Positions 28,465 to 37,793 of a stretch of DNA of 64,000 nucleotides are shown here, one piece after another. The first letter of the stretch is position 1; the number at the start of each line of letters is the position of its first letter. The notes under the pieces are model-generated. The model was not told where the DNA came from. It did no database searches and was given only the letters and a program-made list of their open reading frames with translations. The stretch lies in sequence record MK250021.1; one strand, written 5' to 3'. A program made the position numbers and the translations under genes.

Positions 28465-28833
28465 TTAAAGTTTCTCAACAATTACAGTAGGATTAATAAC
28501 AAAATCATACAAATCTGTCTTAATCTCAGTATTATTAACTTCAGTAATAGTTAATATATTATAATCATAATATACTTTATCACCAACTTTAAGTGTTGAC
28601 GCAAGAACTTTTTCAGATTCACCATAATTAAAAGTATCTCGCTCAAATTGATTCATTCCATCTGTAGGAATAGGACAAATTGCATCAAAATTATCAATCA
28701 ACCATTCTTTTGATACATTACCTGAGACAATCTGAGGTCCACCAAGCTTAGAAAGTCCAAGATATGCCTTTACTTTAGACATCTTATCTGCATACTCAGA
28801 AACACTATACCATTTAATATTATTGTTATTCAT
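28465..28833 (-). CDS. Hypothetical protein
   Basis: 122-aa ORF directly downstream of the TATCTTTG promoter. Confidence 0.7.
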   Translation of the reverse strand: MNNNNIKWYSVSEYADKMSKVKAYLGLSKLGGPQIVSGNVSKEWLIDNFDAICPIPTDGMNQFERDTFNYGESEKVLASTLKVGDKVYYDYNILTITEVNNTEIKTDLYDFVINPTVIVEKL

Positions 28834-28880
28834 AATTGTATATCTTTTTAATTGTTCAACTTATTTGTTTATTAACAATA

Positions 28881-28888
28881 CAAAGATA
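28881..28888 (-). promoter_or_regulatory. Bacteroidetes sigma70-type -7 element (TAnnTTTG)
   Basis: Reverse strand reads gtgTATCTTTGtattgttaataaac, same context as five other copies. Confidence 0.75.
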
Positions 28889-28912
28889 CACAATTATTTC
28901 CAAAATAAAAAA

Positions 28913-30169
28913 TTATTCATAAGAATTTTCATAATCTTTTAATTTTTCTTTCGCATATTCTATAGTTATATGAAATTCTTTTTCATTAGACGCCGGTAAA
29001 TTATACATTGCATCATCCATAAGATTCTCTACTATTCCTCTTAACCCCCTAGCGCCTAATTTATTCTTAATAGATAACTTAACTATATAATCATAAACTT
29101 CATCATCTATTATAAGTTCAATACCATCTAATTTAAACAACTTCTTAAATTGTTTAATAATAGCATTTTTCGGTTCTGTAAGAATTCTCTTCAAATCATC
29201 TTCAGTTAAAGGATTAAGATATGTAATAATAGGAAGTCTACCTATTAATTCTGGAATCAAACCATAATTCTTTAAATCTTCCGCATTTACATATTTAAAT
29301 ATGTTTTCTTTATTATCAGAAAAATCTTTCTTATCCTTTGATACAAATCCTAATGTAGATTTATTAAGTCGTCTCTCTATAATTTTATTCAAACCAACAA
29401 AAGCACCACCACAAATAAATAAAATATTTTTTGTATCAACCTCTACCATTTTAGCATCCGGGTGTTTTCTTCCTCCCTTTGGTGGAACATTTACAACAGA
29501 ACCTTCAATTATTTTAAGTAATGCTTGTTGAACGCCTTCACCTGAAACATCTCTTGTTATAGATGGATTTCCTCCGGATTTCCTTGCAATCTTATCAATC
29601 TCATCAAGAAATACTATTCCGTGTTCTGCTTTCTTAACATCATAATCACATGCTTGGAGAAGTCTTGTGATTGCAGTCTCAACATCATCACCAACGTATC
29701 CAGCTTCAGTGATAGAATTAGAATCCACTATACTAATTGGTACATCTAACATTTTAGCAATAGACTTAACCAAAAGTGTTTTACCAGTACCAGTGTCTCC
29801 CAAAAGTATACAGTTACTCTTCTCAATCTCTACATCATCAAATCCTTTTTGCTTAATTCTCTTATAATGATTATAAACTGCAACTGCTAACCTTTGTTTC
29901 GCTTTATCCTGACCAATTACATATTGATCCAAAAATTCTTTAATCTCTGTAGGTTTTTTTACATCATCCTTATGGAAATTATCATCTGGTGATAAAAACT
30001 GTGTATTATGATTTACTATACTCAAATTCATATTGTAAATCTGGTCACAACATTCATTACAAATACTTCCATATTCACCATTAAAAAGTAATGCAACTTG
30101 GTCTTTCGTCTTACCACAAAATGAACACTTATTTTCTTTTTTATTTGTATCTTTCTTTTTTTCTGCCAT
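28913..30169 (-). CDS. clpX: ATP-dependent Clp protease ATP-binding subunit ClpX
   Basis: CSFCGK zinc-binding domain, [56 protein letters not shown]. Confidence 0.97.
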   Translation of the reverse strand: MAEKKKDTNKKENKCSFCGKTKDQVALLFNGEYGSICNECCDQIYNMNLSIVNHNTQFLSPDDNFHKDDVKKPTEIKEFLDQYVIGQDKAKQRLAVAVYNHYKRIKQKGFDDVEIEKSNCILLGDTGTGKTLLVKSIAKMLDVPISIVDSNSITEAGYVGDDVETAITRLLQACDYDVKKAEHGIVFLDEIDKIARKSGGNPSITRDVSGEGVQQALLKIIEGSVVNVPPKGGRKHPDAKMVEVDTKNILFICGGAFVGLNKIIERRLNKSTLGFVSKDKKDFSDNKENIFKYVNAEDLKNYGLIPELIGRLPIITYLNPLTEDDLKRILTEPKNAIIKQFKKLFKLDGIELIIDDEVYDYIVKLSIKNKLGARGLRGIVENLMDDAMYNLPASNEKEFHITIEYAKEKLKDYENSYE

Positions 30170-30272
30170 ATATCTTTTAATTAAAAAATCTTAAATAACA
30201 ACAATAATTATACCATAATATTATAATATTGTTTACATTTATAAATAATAAAAATAACCGGTTAATTAATAT

Positions 30273-30470
30273 ATGAAAACTATTAAAAAGTCTTCAGTTA
30301 AAAATAAAAATATAAAAGGTAAAATAGGATAGGATGGTGGTTATTATGTTGATAATTGTCCAGTCTTAATCCCTAAGGAAAATATTAAGTTTTTCACTGC
30401 TATGCAAAAAGCATGTTCAATAAATCCATATGGAAAATATGGTAATGCATGTAATGTTAAATTATTGTGA
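30273..30470 (+). CDS. Small hypothetical protein (65 aa, one TAG)
   Basis: ATG 30273 to TGA 30468. Confidence 0.45.
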
Positions 30471-30620
30471 TAATAACTAATAAAACATAAAACTCGAAAT
30501 TTGATACAATATCTCTCCTGCATCGCGTCAAAATCTCTTTACCTTATAGTTATTAGTCTTAATTAAAAATAATGTGATACAGAGAGAATTTTATTAAATA
30601 ATAATTTTCATAAAATAAAA

Positions 30621-30660
30621 AAGAGATTAATAAGTTTTGTTTATTGCTTATTAATCTCTT
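30621..30660 (-). terminator. Intrinsic terminator after the displaced uvsY 3' end
   Basis: aagagattaataag/cttattaatctctt stem with a T-run on the minus strand. Confidence 0.75.
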
Positions 30661-30685
30661 TACTTTTCTATTTAATATAATTTCA

Positions 30686-30739
30686 TTAAAACTTCAAACC
30701 ATGTATCATTTCAAAAACCTTAATCTTATTATTTATGCC
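30686..30739 (-). repeat. 54-nt direct repeat copy 2 (out-of-gene GINNKIKVFEMIHGLKF-stop); putative TnpB guide/original gene end
   Basis: 49/54 identical to 32031-32084; all 5 differences are at synonymous third codon positions. Confidence 0.95.
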
Positions 30740-30900
30740 AATATTTGTGTTTATATACTAATATATAAACAATTATTTCTTGTTTCATAGACACTCTACT
30801 TTTTAGTATAATCATTAGTAATGATTTAGTCATCCATAGTTGGTATCTCCGCAAGCGTAAATTCGGGTAAATATACACCTATTATATTTTAATAATTTAT
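30720..30900 (-). ncRNA. Putative TnpB omegaRNA (scaffold plus about 20-nt guide)
   Basis: Directly downstream of the tnpB stop; contains ATAGGT..CCCGAATTTACGCTTG..ACTATGGATGAC..GAAACAAGAA and a perfect hairpin gtttatata-ttag-tatataaac just before repeat copy 2. Boundaries inferred. Confidence 0.65.
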
Positions 30901-32022
30901 TTGTTTTAATCCTTCTGCTAAAATATTTAATGAAGCATTATAATCTCTATCAATCTCTTTACCACAATGTGGACATATCCATTCTCTCTAACTTAATTTT
31001 AAATCTTTATAAATATGTCTACAATTATGGCAAGTTTTAGATGAAGGATAGAATCTATTTATTATAACCAGCTATTTTCCATACCATCTACATTTATATT
31101 CTAACTATTTTCTAAATTCAAATAAAGATAACTCTTGAATAGATTTAGCAAGTTTATGATTAGACATCATTCCATTTACATTTAAATCTTCAATACAGAT
31201 AACTTGATTTTCATTAACTAGTTTTGAAGTGATTTGATGTAAATATGTATTTCTCTAATTTTTTATTTTCTCATGAACTTTTGCAATTTTAATTCTAACT
31301 TTATTCCGATTATTACTTCCTTTCTATTTCTTACTTAACAACCTCTATAATTTCTTTAATTTCTTTTCTTGATTTCTATAGAAATGTTTATTTTCATATC
31401 TATTTCCATTAGAATCAACGATAAAATCTTTTATTCCTAAATCTAAACCTATTACGGTATCTAATTTTTCTTTTTGTATAATATTATAATCTATTAAAAT
31501 AAACAAATAATATTTTTCTGTAGAAGTTTTAATAAGCGTAATTGAATGTATTTTATTTTGATTATGATTTAAATATATTTCATCTTTTTTAGAACATTTA
31601 AATAATATATTCTTTAACTATTTAATTAATGTTATCCTATTACCATTAATTTTCTTCTTTTTAAATTTAAATATAGTTCTTGTAAATCTACAACTTTGCT
31701 TAATATCTTTCTTTGATTTGAATTTAGGATAACCATTATGTAATTTAAAGAAATTATCATATGCTTTAATTAAATCCTACATTGATTGCTATAAACACAT
31801 AGCATATACATCATTTAAAAAAGTATATTCATCTTGTTTTTTTAAATTAGTCAAATATTTACCTAATTGTGTCCATGATACAACTTGTTTATTCTACTCA
31901 TACTATGACTTCTTATAATCCAATAATTTATTATATATAAGTCTACAACAACCTAACTGTTTAGAAATAAATTCTTTCTAAACATTATCAGGATATATTC
32001 GTATTTTAATATATTTTAACAT
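30889..32022 (-). CDS. tnpB: TnpB RNA-guided endonuclease (IS200/IS605 family), 377 aa, 12 TAG codons, RuvC triad intact
   Basis: [69 protein letters not shown]; TAA 30889. Missing from the ORF track because of the TAGs. Confidence 0.95.
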
Positions 32023-32030
32023 AATATTTT

Positions 32031-32084
32031 TTAAAATTTTAAACCATGTATCATTTCAAAAACTTTAATCTTATTGTTTATACC
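32031..32084 (-). repeat. 54-nt direct repeat copy 1 (in-frame recoded uvsY 3' end)
   Basis: ggt ata aac aat aag att aaa ... tta aaa ttt taa versus ggc ata aat aat aag att aag ... ttg aag ttt taa. Confidence 0.95.
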
Positions 32085-32561
32085 GTAAATAATATTATCA
32101 ATAGTTGAGATGGTATCTTTCATATACTTACAGAAATTATCCAATAAATCAACTGATTCTTTTTCTGCTGATAGTTGAGATTCAATCTGTAAATTAATAG
32201 CACTTTCATTCGTATATCTAATTCCAGATGAACCAGATTTTAAAGCTAAATAAATTCCTGATGCTTTAGACTTATAATCTCTCGTTTGCTTTTGTAATAT
32301 CTTTGCTGTTCCATAAAATAAGTCTATTGCTTCTTGCCTCTTTAAATAAACTTCATTCATCAAACCATCAATAGATTTCAAATCTTTCATTCGTTCATTT
32401 AAATTCTTAATAATATCTGTCCACTTATCTTGAAGATTACTCAATGAATTTTCCAATGAATTTTGTTGTGAATTAATATTATTATTCTGATTAGTTTGTT
32501 GAACTTGATTATTATCTATAGAATTATTATTTTCTGTTACTACTTCATTTTCTTTATCCAT
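32031..32561 (-). CDS. UvsY-like recombination mediator protein
   Basis: All-helical, UvsY-like size; C-terminus LLDNFCKYMKDTISTIDNIIYGINNKIKVFE resembles T4 UvsY LLDFCSGALDAIKSRGFAIKHIQDM. Confidence 0.6.
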   Translation of the reverse strand: MDKENEVVTENNNSIDNNQVQQTNQNNNINSQQNSLENSLSNLQDKWTDIIKNLNERMKDLKSIDGLMNEVYLKRQEAIDLFYGTAKILQKQTRDYKSKASGIYLALKSGSSGIRYTNESAINLQIESQLSAEKESVDLLDNFCKYMKDTISTIDNIIYGINNKIKVFEMIHGLKF

Positions 32562-32697
32562 AAATCAAAAGTTTATAATAATACTTTATATATTATATCA
32601 TTTAATAAAAATAAAGTTTTATTCTCAAAAAGAATTTCAACCAATAAAAAGAAAGAGTCAAAGAAAAAGTTTTCAAAAAGAAATCATAAATTAAACT

Positions 32698-33204
32698 NNN
32701 NNNNNNNNNNNNNNNNNNNNNNNNNNNNNNNNNNNNNNNNNNNNNNNNNNNNNNNNNNNNNNNNNNNNNNNNNNNNNNNNNNNNNNNNNNNNNNNNNNNN
32801 NNNNNNNNNNNNNNNNNNNNNNNNNNNNNNNNNNNNNNNNNNNNNNNNNNNNNNNNNNNNNNNNNNNNNNNNNNNNNNNNNNNNNNNNNNNNNNNNNNNN
32901 NNNNNNNNNNNNNNNNNNNNNNNNNNNNNNNNNNNNNNNNNNNNNNNNNNNNNNNNNNNNNNNNNNNNNNNNNNNNNNNNNNNNNNNNNNNNNNNNNNNN
33001 NNNNNNNNNNNNNNNNNNNNNNNNNNNNNNNNNNNNNNNNNNNNNNNNNNNNNNNNNNNNNNNNNNNNNNNNNNNNNNNNNNNNNNNNNNNNNNNNNNNN
33101 NNNNNNNNNNNNNNNNNNNNNNNNNNNNNNNNNNNNNNNNNNNNNNNNNNNNNNNNNNNNNNNNNNNNNNNNNNNNNNNNNNNNNNNNNNNNNNNNNNNN
33201 NNNN
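32698..33204. other. Assembly gap (run of N)
   Basis: 507 n characters. Confidence 1.
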
Positions 33205-33230
33205 TAATTGAAACTAAATAATTTAGATAT

Positions 33231-34001
33231 ATGGCAGATAGTAAAAATAATACAAAAAAGGTAAAAACTGGTGTAGTTGAGTCTATTGATGATCCAACAT
33301 GTTCAGGAAGAGTAAAAGTTAGGGTTGCAGGTTTACATGATAACATATCAACAGAGAATTTACCATGGTGTAATTACGCGGGAAGTGGTATGTTTTCAGG
33401 TTCAGGTGGTGGATAGATTTCTATACCACGTGTAGGAACAAAGGTAAGAGTTAGATTTGCATAGGATGATGTAAACTCCATGGAATGGTATGGAACAAAT
33501 ACATTGGACAGAAAACTTTCAGAGGAATTGGCGTCTGATTATGCAGGTTCATAGGTTCTTCTTTATGACTCGGAATATGATTTGTCTATTAAGTTTCAAC
33601 CAGGTTCTGGTTTAGCTTTATATTATAAAGGTTCTTATATGTAGATGACACCTGATAATACTATAACTATTCATTATGGTCCTGACGAGACAACAGGTGT
33701 ACAAATATAGTTAACAGACGGTAAGGTTTATATATAGGCACCATAGTAGATTAATATAACATCAGGTAATGAAGTTAATATAGAGGGAAAGGTTATAACA
33801 TTAAATGGAACATCCGCTGTCCGTATAAAAGGAACAACACCTAATACATGCGCTGTTAATGCTACACAACTTATGACATTGTTATAGACAATGGCTGCTA
33901 ATATTGATACAAAATTAGGTTAGTCAAAATCTGGTATATGCGCTGCTACTGTTTCAGGTTCTAAGGAGAAAATAATGAATCAACATATCCTTTATATTTA
34001 A
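33231..34001 (+). CDS. T4 gp5-like baseplate hub/spike protein (OB-fold + beta-helix, no lysozyme domain), 256 aa
   Basis: GVVESIDDPTCSGRVKVRVAGLH..LPW..GGGQISIPRVGTKVRVRF; Q from TAG; TAA 33999. Confidence 0.9.
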
Positions 34002-34178
34002 TAATAATGTACGCGCGTTATAACGTGTTTAAATAGACATTTTCATTCGTTACAGTATAGATGTATTGGTTGAGAAAAAAGTTGAAAATTTTGCAAGTTT
34101 TCTTATGTTTTTCTTAAGAATTTTGAAGAAAAATTGAAGTTTTTCTTAGAAATATTTTTTATTTCAAAAAATTGTGTG

Positions 34179-34186
34179 TATCTTTG
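34179..34186 (+). promoter_or_regulatory. Bacteroidetes-type -7 promoter element
   Basis: gtgTATCTTTGtaat preceded by ttga..tttttcttagaa.tattttt, as at 63940-64000. Confidence 0.75.
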
Positions 34187-34235
34187 TAATAACAAATAAA
34201 ATAACAAAGTAACAAACAATTAAAAAATAAAAATT

Positions 34236-34892
34236 ATGGATATTATTGATATTTTCAACGGTACAAGTAGTTCTTCAATTAAGATAGAGAATGATGTAAG
34301 AAATATGTTCATTTTTCTTAATAATAAGAACACCACATATAATTTGGGTTATAAGGGTATTCAGCAGTTTTTGTTTACTACTCTTTGTAATGTATTGAAG
34401 AAACATTTTTCATATAATGAGCTATATTCATTTTTGAAGACTTATGATATTCAATCATCGGAGAAGTTGACAGATGCTATTATAGATAATATGGATTATC
34501 TTACTGCTGTTGTGAAGTTGGATCTTCATAATTTTACATATACAAAGAAGATGACAAGTCGTGAGCGTTTAGCAAAAGAAATCTTTGATTCATATGATGG
34601 ACATGGAGAAAATCCTTATAAGGATGAAGTTGATAAAGATAAGAAAGAGAATATTCTTGTTGTTCGTACACATTATGGAACTCATAAGCCATTAATGTAT
34701 ACATTTGATGGCGAACTTACAGAAGATAAACGTCATCAGATTCGTATGATGTATTATTACGAGACAAAATGTAACTATTTTGAAACTCGTGATATTCTTT
34801 ATTCTAATTGGATTAATCTTCCTGAAGAGTATCAAATGGCATCGGCACCTTATGAAGAAGAAATTGAAGAACTTCATTTTAAGGTTAAATAA
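34236..34892 (+). CDS. Early hypothetical protein
   Basis: 218-aa TAG-free ORF after the promoter. Confidence 0.8.
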   Translation: MDIIDIFNGTSSSSIKIENDVRNMFIFLNNKNTTYNLGYKGIQQFLFTTLCNVLKKHFSYNELYSFLKTYDIQSSEKLTDAIIDNMDYLTAVVKLDLHNFTYTKKMTSRERLAKEIFDSYDGHGENPYKDEVDKDKKENILVVRTHYGTHKPLMYTFDGELTEDKRHQIRMMYYYETKCNYFETRDILYSNWINLPEEYQMASAPYEEEIEELHFKVK

Positions 34893-34941
34893 TAAAATAC
34901 ATAATTTTCATATTTTTAAATTTTTAATTTTTAGACAAAGT

Positions 34942-34975
34942 GAAACGTTTGAAGTATAAATATTTCAAACGTTTC
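34942..34975 (+). terminator. Terminator hairpin with TATAAATA in its loop
   Basis: gaaacgtttgaa-gtataaatat-ttcaaacgtttc followed by a T-run. Confidence 0.7.
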
Positions 34976-34986
34976 TTTTTTATTTT

Positions 34987-35508
34987 ATGAACAATAGAAA
35001 ATATCTTAAATATGTAATTGATGAAGTTGTATTCAGAGAGTTTCCAGATGAAGTTACTCTTGCATTAAATATATCAGGCTGTCCAAATCATTGTATAGGT
35101 TGTCATTCATCTTATCTTGCAGATGATATAGGTGAAGAATTAACAGAAGATGTATTGGATAAACTTATAGATAAGAATAAAGGAATTACATGTGTAGGAT
35201 TTATGGGCGGCGATAATAATCCTCAGGAAGTTGTTAGATTATCTATGTATGTGAAAGATAAATATCCAAATTTACATACAGGGTGGTATTCGGGAAGAGA
35301 AGTATTTCCACTTCATCATGGTACATTTGATTATATTAAATTAGGTCCGTGGAAAGAAGAATGCGGACCATTAACATCAGAAACAACAAATCAAATCATG
35401 TATCAGAAGGTAGATGGAGGAATTGATAATCCTACGTTTATGGATATAACAAAGAAAGCATTTAGATCTCATAAACCTTGGGAAACTGAATCATTAAATG
35501 ATGATTAA
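34987..35508 (+). CDS. nrdG: Anaerobic ribonucleotide reductase activating enzyme (radical SAM)
   Basis: VFREFPDEVTLALNISGCPNHCIGCHS, CVGFMGGD, YIKLGP. Confidence 0.93.
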   Translation: MNNRKYLKYVIDEVVFREFPDEVTLALNISGCPNHCIGCHSSYLADDIGEELTEDVLDKLIDKNKGITCVGFMGGDNNPQEVVRLSMYVKDKYPNLHTGWYSGREVFPLHHGTFDYIKLGPWKEECGPLTSETTNQIMYQKVDGGIDNPTFMDITKKAFRSHKPWETESLNDD

Positions 35509-35753
35509 TGTAAATTTTGGAACAAAATGATACAATTTAACAGATCTAGATCAGAAAATGTTATAATTTTATGTTATAAAGCATATTTTTTGAAAACAAT
35601 TAGATAAATAAAATGTAAGATAGTTATAAATTGATTAGTTAAAGTAAATTATAATATAAAAAGAAATTAAAATACGGTTTTCACAAACAGTATCTTAACG
35701 ATGGTTATGTTATAAAGATAGTTAAAATTAAAAATAAATTTACGTTAAAGATT

Positions 35754-35858
35754 ATGAAAACAATTATTAATGCAGTTAAATATGCATGGAATGCATATTG
35801 CAATGGAAGCTACATTATGAATAAATCCGTTTATGAAGCTGGACTTATTCCAATGTAA
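35754..35858 (+). CDS. Microprotein 1 (34 aa)
   Basis: MKTIINAVKYAWNAYCNGSYIMNKSVYEAGLIPM; leader acgttaaagattATG. Confidence 0.6.
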   Translation: MKTIINAVKYAWNAYCNGSYIMNKSVYEAGLIPM

Positions 35859-35929
35859 TTTTCAAAATTTGATAGTTAAAAATTAGATGGTTAAAAAGAA
35901 GTTTTAAAATTAAAGTTACGTTAGAGATT

Positions 35930-36064
35930 ATGAGTAAAATTATTAGTTTATTGAAGCGTGCTGGTAAAGCATACTGTAATGCATATGCTGAAGCAAATAC
36001 TATTAAGATGGGTGATGGTACTGTTGCCTATATTGGTACTAGCGGAATGGTATATGTAGCTTAA
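35930..36064 (+). CDS. Microprotein 2 (44 aa), related to microprotein 1
   Basis: MSKIISLLKRAGKAYCNAYAEANTIKMGDG...; leader acgttagagattATG. Confidence 0.6.
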   Translation: MSKIISLLKRAGKAYCNAYAEANTIKMGDGTVAYIGTSGMVYVA

Positions 36065-36084
36065 CCAAAGTTAAGTTTAATTAG

Positions 36085-36153
36085 ATGAAGTATGAAATTA
36101 TTAACACACATCAAATGGCAATACGGCCATTTGATTTTGATTGTAATGGATAA
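36085..36153 (+). CDS. Possible 22-aa peptide (overlapping alternative frame 36092-36160)
   Basis: MKYEIINTHQMAIRPFDFDCNG; frame ambiguous. Confidence 0.3.
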   Translation: MKYEIINTHQMAIRPFDFDCNG

Positions 36154-36185
36154 TAAATAATGTAAATTGTTAATGTGTTAATATT

Positions 36186-36308
36186 ATGTATTCATCTTTA
36201 TTTTTAGAAACAATGGCAATCCTAAAAGGATATATTTATAATAAACAAGATATGATTTAGAATTACTATGATCATATTAATGTCAATCAAAAAGAGGAAA
36301 TAGTTTAA
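36186..36308 (+). CDS. Microprotein (40 aa, one TAG)
   Basis: MYSSLFLETMAILKGYIYNKQDMIQNYYDHINVNQKEEIV; its 3' end overlaps a terminator hairpin. Confidence 0.45.
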
Positions 36309-36384
36309 TTTTTGTTAAAACTATTTCCTCTTTTTCATATATAATAATTAATAACTATTTTTTAGAAACATAAATTATTCTTAA

Positions 36385-37503
36385 ATGACAACAACAAAGA
36401 AAACAATATAGATAAAGGCAAATAAATGTTTATTCTTAGCAGATATTCACTTAGGTGTTAGATCTGCATCAGAAGAATGGCAAGAAAATATATCATCTTA
36501 TTTTTATAATTGGTTTATTCCTTATGTTAAATCATTAATAGCAAATGATCCTAATTATTTTTTAGCAGTATTGGGAGATGTTTATGATGATAGAAAATCT
36601 ATCGATATTAATGTAAATGATTTAACTATTGATATATTTGAAGATTTAGGTAAATTATTACCTGTTTATATTATCAATGGAAATCATGATTTATCTAAGA
36701 GAACGAATAAAGGTAATACATCATTAAGAAGTTTGGAAAATATTCCTAATGTTACAGTTATAAAAGAGCCGACACTTATTAAGATTAAACCATCAACTAA
36801 AATATTATCAAATATCATTGCGATACCTTATTTAGGTTCACATGAAGAAGAAAACAAAGTATTGCTAGATTATTCAGGGAAAGCTAATTACGCATGGATG
36901 CATACTGATATTTCACAAATGAAATTTGATAATGGCATGACAATTATAGGTGCAGTTGATTCAAATATATTTAAAGGACGAATCTTTTCAGGACATATAC
37001 ATAAACGTCAAGAATTAGGAAATGTTATTTATGTAGGCTCGCCTTATCAATTAAGAAGATCAGATATAGGAAATACTAAAGGAATTTATAAATTAGATTT
37101 CTCCAATAATGAATTATCATTTGAAGAAAATGCTTATAGTCCAATATTTCATAAAATAAAAGTTGAAGATTTTTTAAAGTTATCAGTAAAAGAAAGAGAT
37201 GAATTTCTTGATAATAATTATAATGATATTATTATAGAAGAATCAGATTTAAGAAAATATAAGTCAGGAACTATTTATGACATGGCAAATCTCTCTAATG
37301 CAAAGAGAGTTCAGATTATAGTTAATAAGTCACATCATGATTTAGATAATATAGATGATGAAGAATATAAAGAGTTGTCTATTGAAGAACTTATAAATGA
37401 ATCAATATCACAATTGGATGTTGATGATGATACTAAAGAAAGATTGAAGAATATAAGTAGAGAAAGACTTAAACAAGCAGAAAATGAGATGAATGAAGTT
37501 TAA
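36385..37503 (+). CDS. gp47/SbcD/Mre11-like recombination nuclease subunit
   Basis: LADIHLG (upstream of the listed ORF, after a TAG at codon 9), GDVYD, NGNHD, SGHIH, YVGSPYQ. Confidence 0.92.
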
Positions 37504-37592
37504 CATAATAAATAAATTAATTATTATAAAGGATATAGCATTTATTTGTTATATCCTTTAATTATAATTAAAAATGTTAAACAAATAATTAT

Positions 37593-37790
37593 ATGGATAA
37601 TATAATATTCATAGTAGTATATGTTTTAATAGGATTAATAACATATGGATATTTTTTATATATAACAAAAGATAATGAAAATATAGATAGAAAATATAAG
37701 ATAAAAATGTTTATTATTTCATTAATCGCGAGTCCATTGATGATCCTGTTTGAATTATTTCTTTTACTATTAAATAGATATGATTACTAA
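37593..37790 (+). CDS. Small two-TM membrane protein
   Basis: Two hydrophobic segments, 65 aa. Confidence 0.6.
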   Translation: MDNIIFIVVYVLIGLITYGYFLYITKDNENIDRKYKIKMFIISLIASPLMILFELFLLLLNRYDY

Positions 37791-37793
37791 AAT

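Larger units (their letters stand above)
30740..32084 (-). mobile_element. TnpA-less TnpB cassette carrying a recoded copy of the host-gene 3' end
   Basis: Bounded by the 54-nt repeat; TTAC immediately 5' of the inferred junction; only 8 nt between the uvsY stop and the tnpB ATG. Confidence 0.7.

Noticed and set aside
30480-30600. Slightly GC-richer stretch (gagattttgacgcgatgcaggagagat) as an ncRNA or IS end
   Set aside because: No convincing stem or known motif could be supported by eye.
30170-32700. IS200/IS605 TnpA (Y1/HUH) or IS607 serine recombinase
   Set aside because: No HUH or resolvase ORF on either strand, and no room for a left end between uvsY and tnpB.
32496-33346. ORFs of 241 and 220 aa crossing the N run
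   Set aside because: Artefacts of translating N as X.
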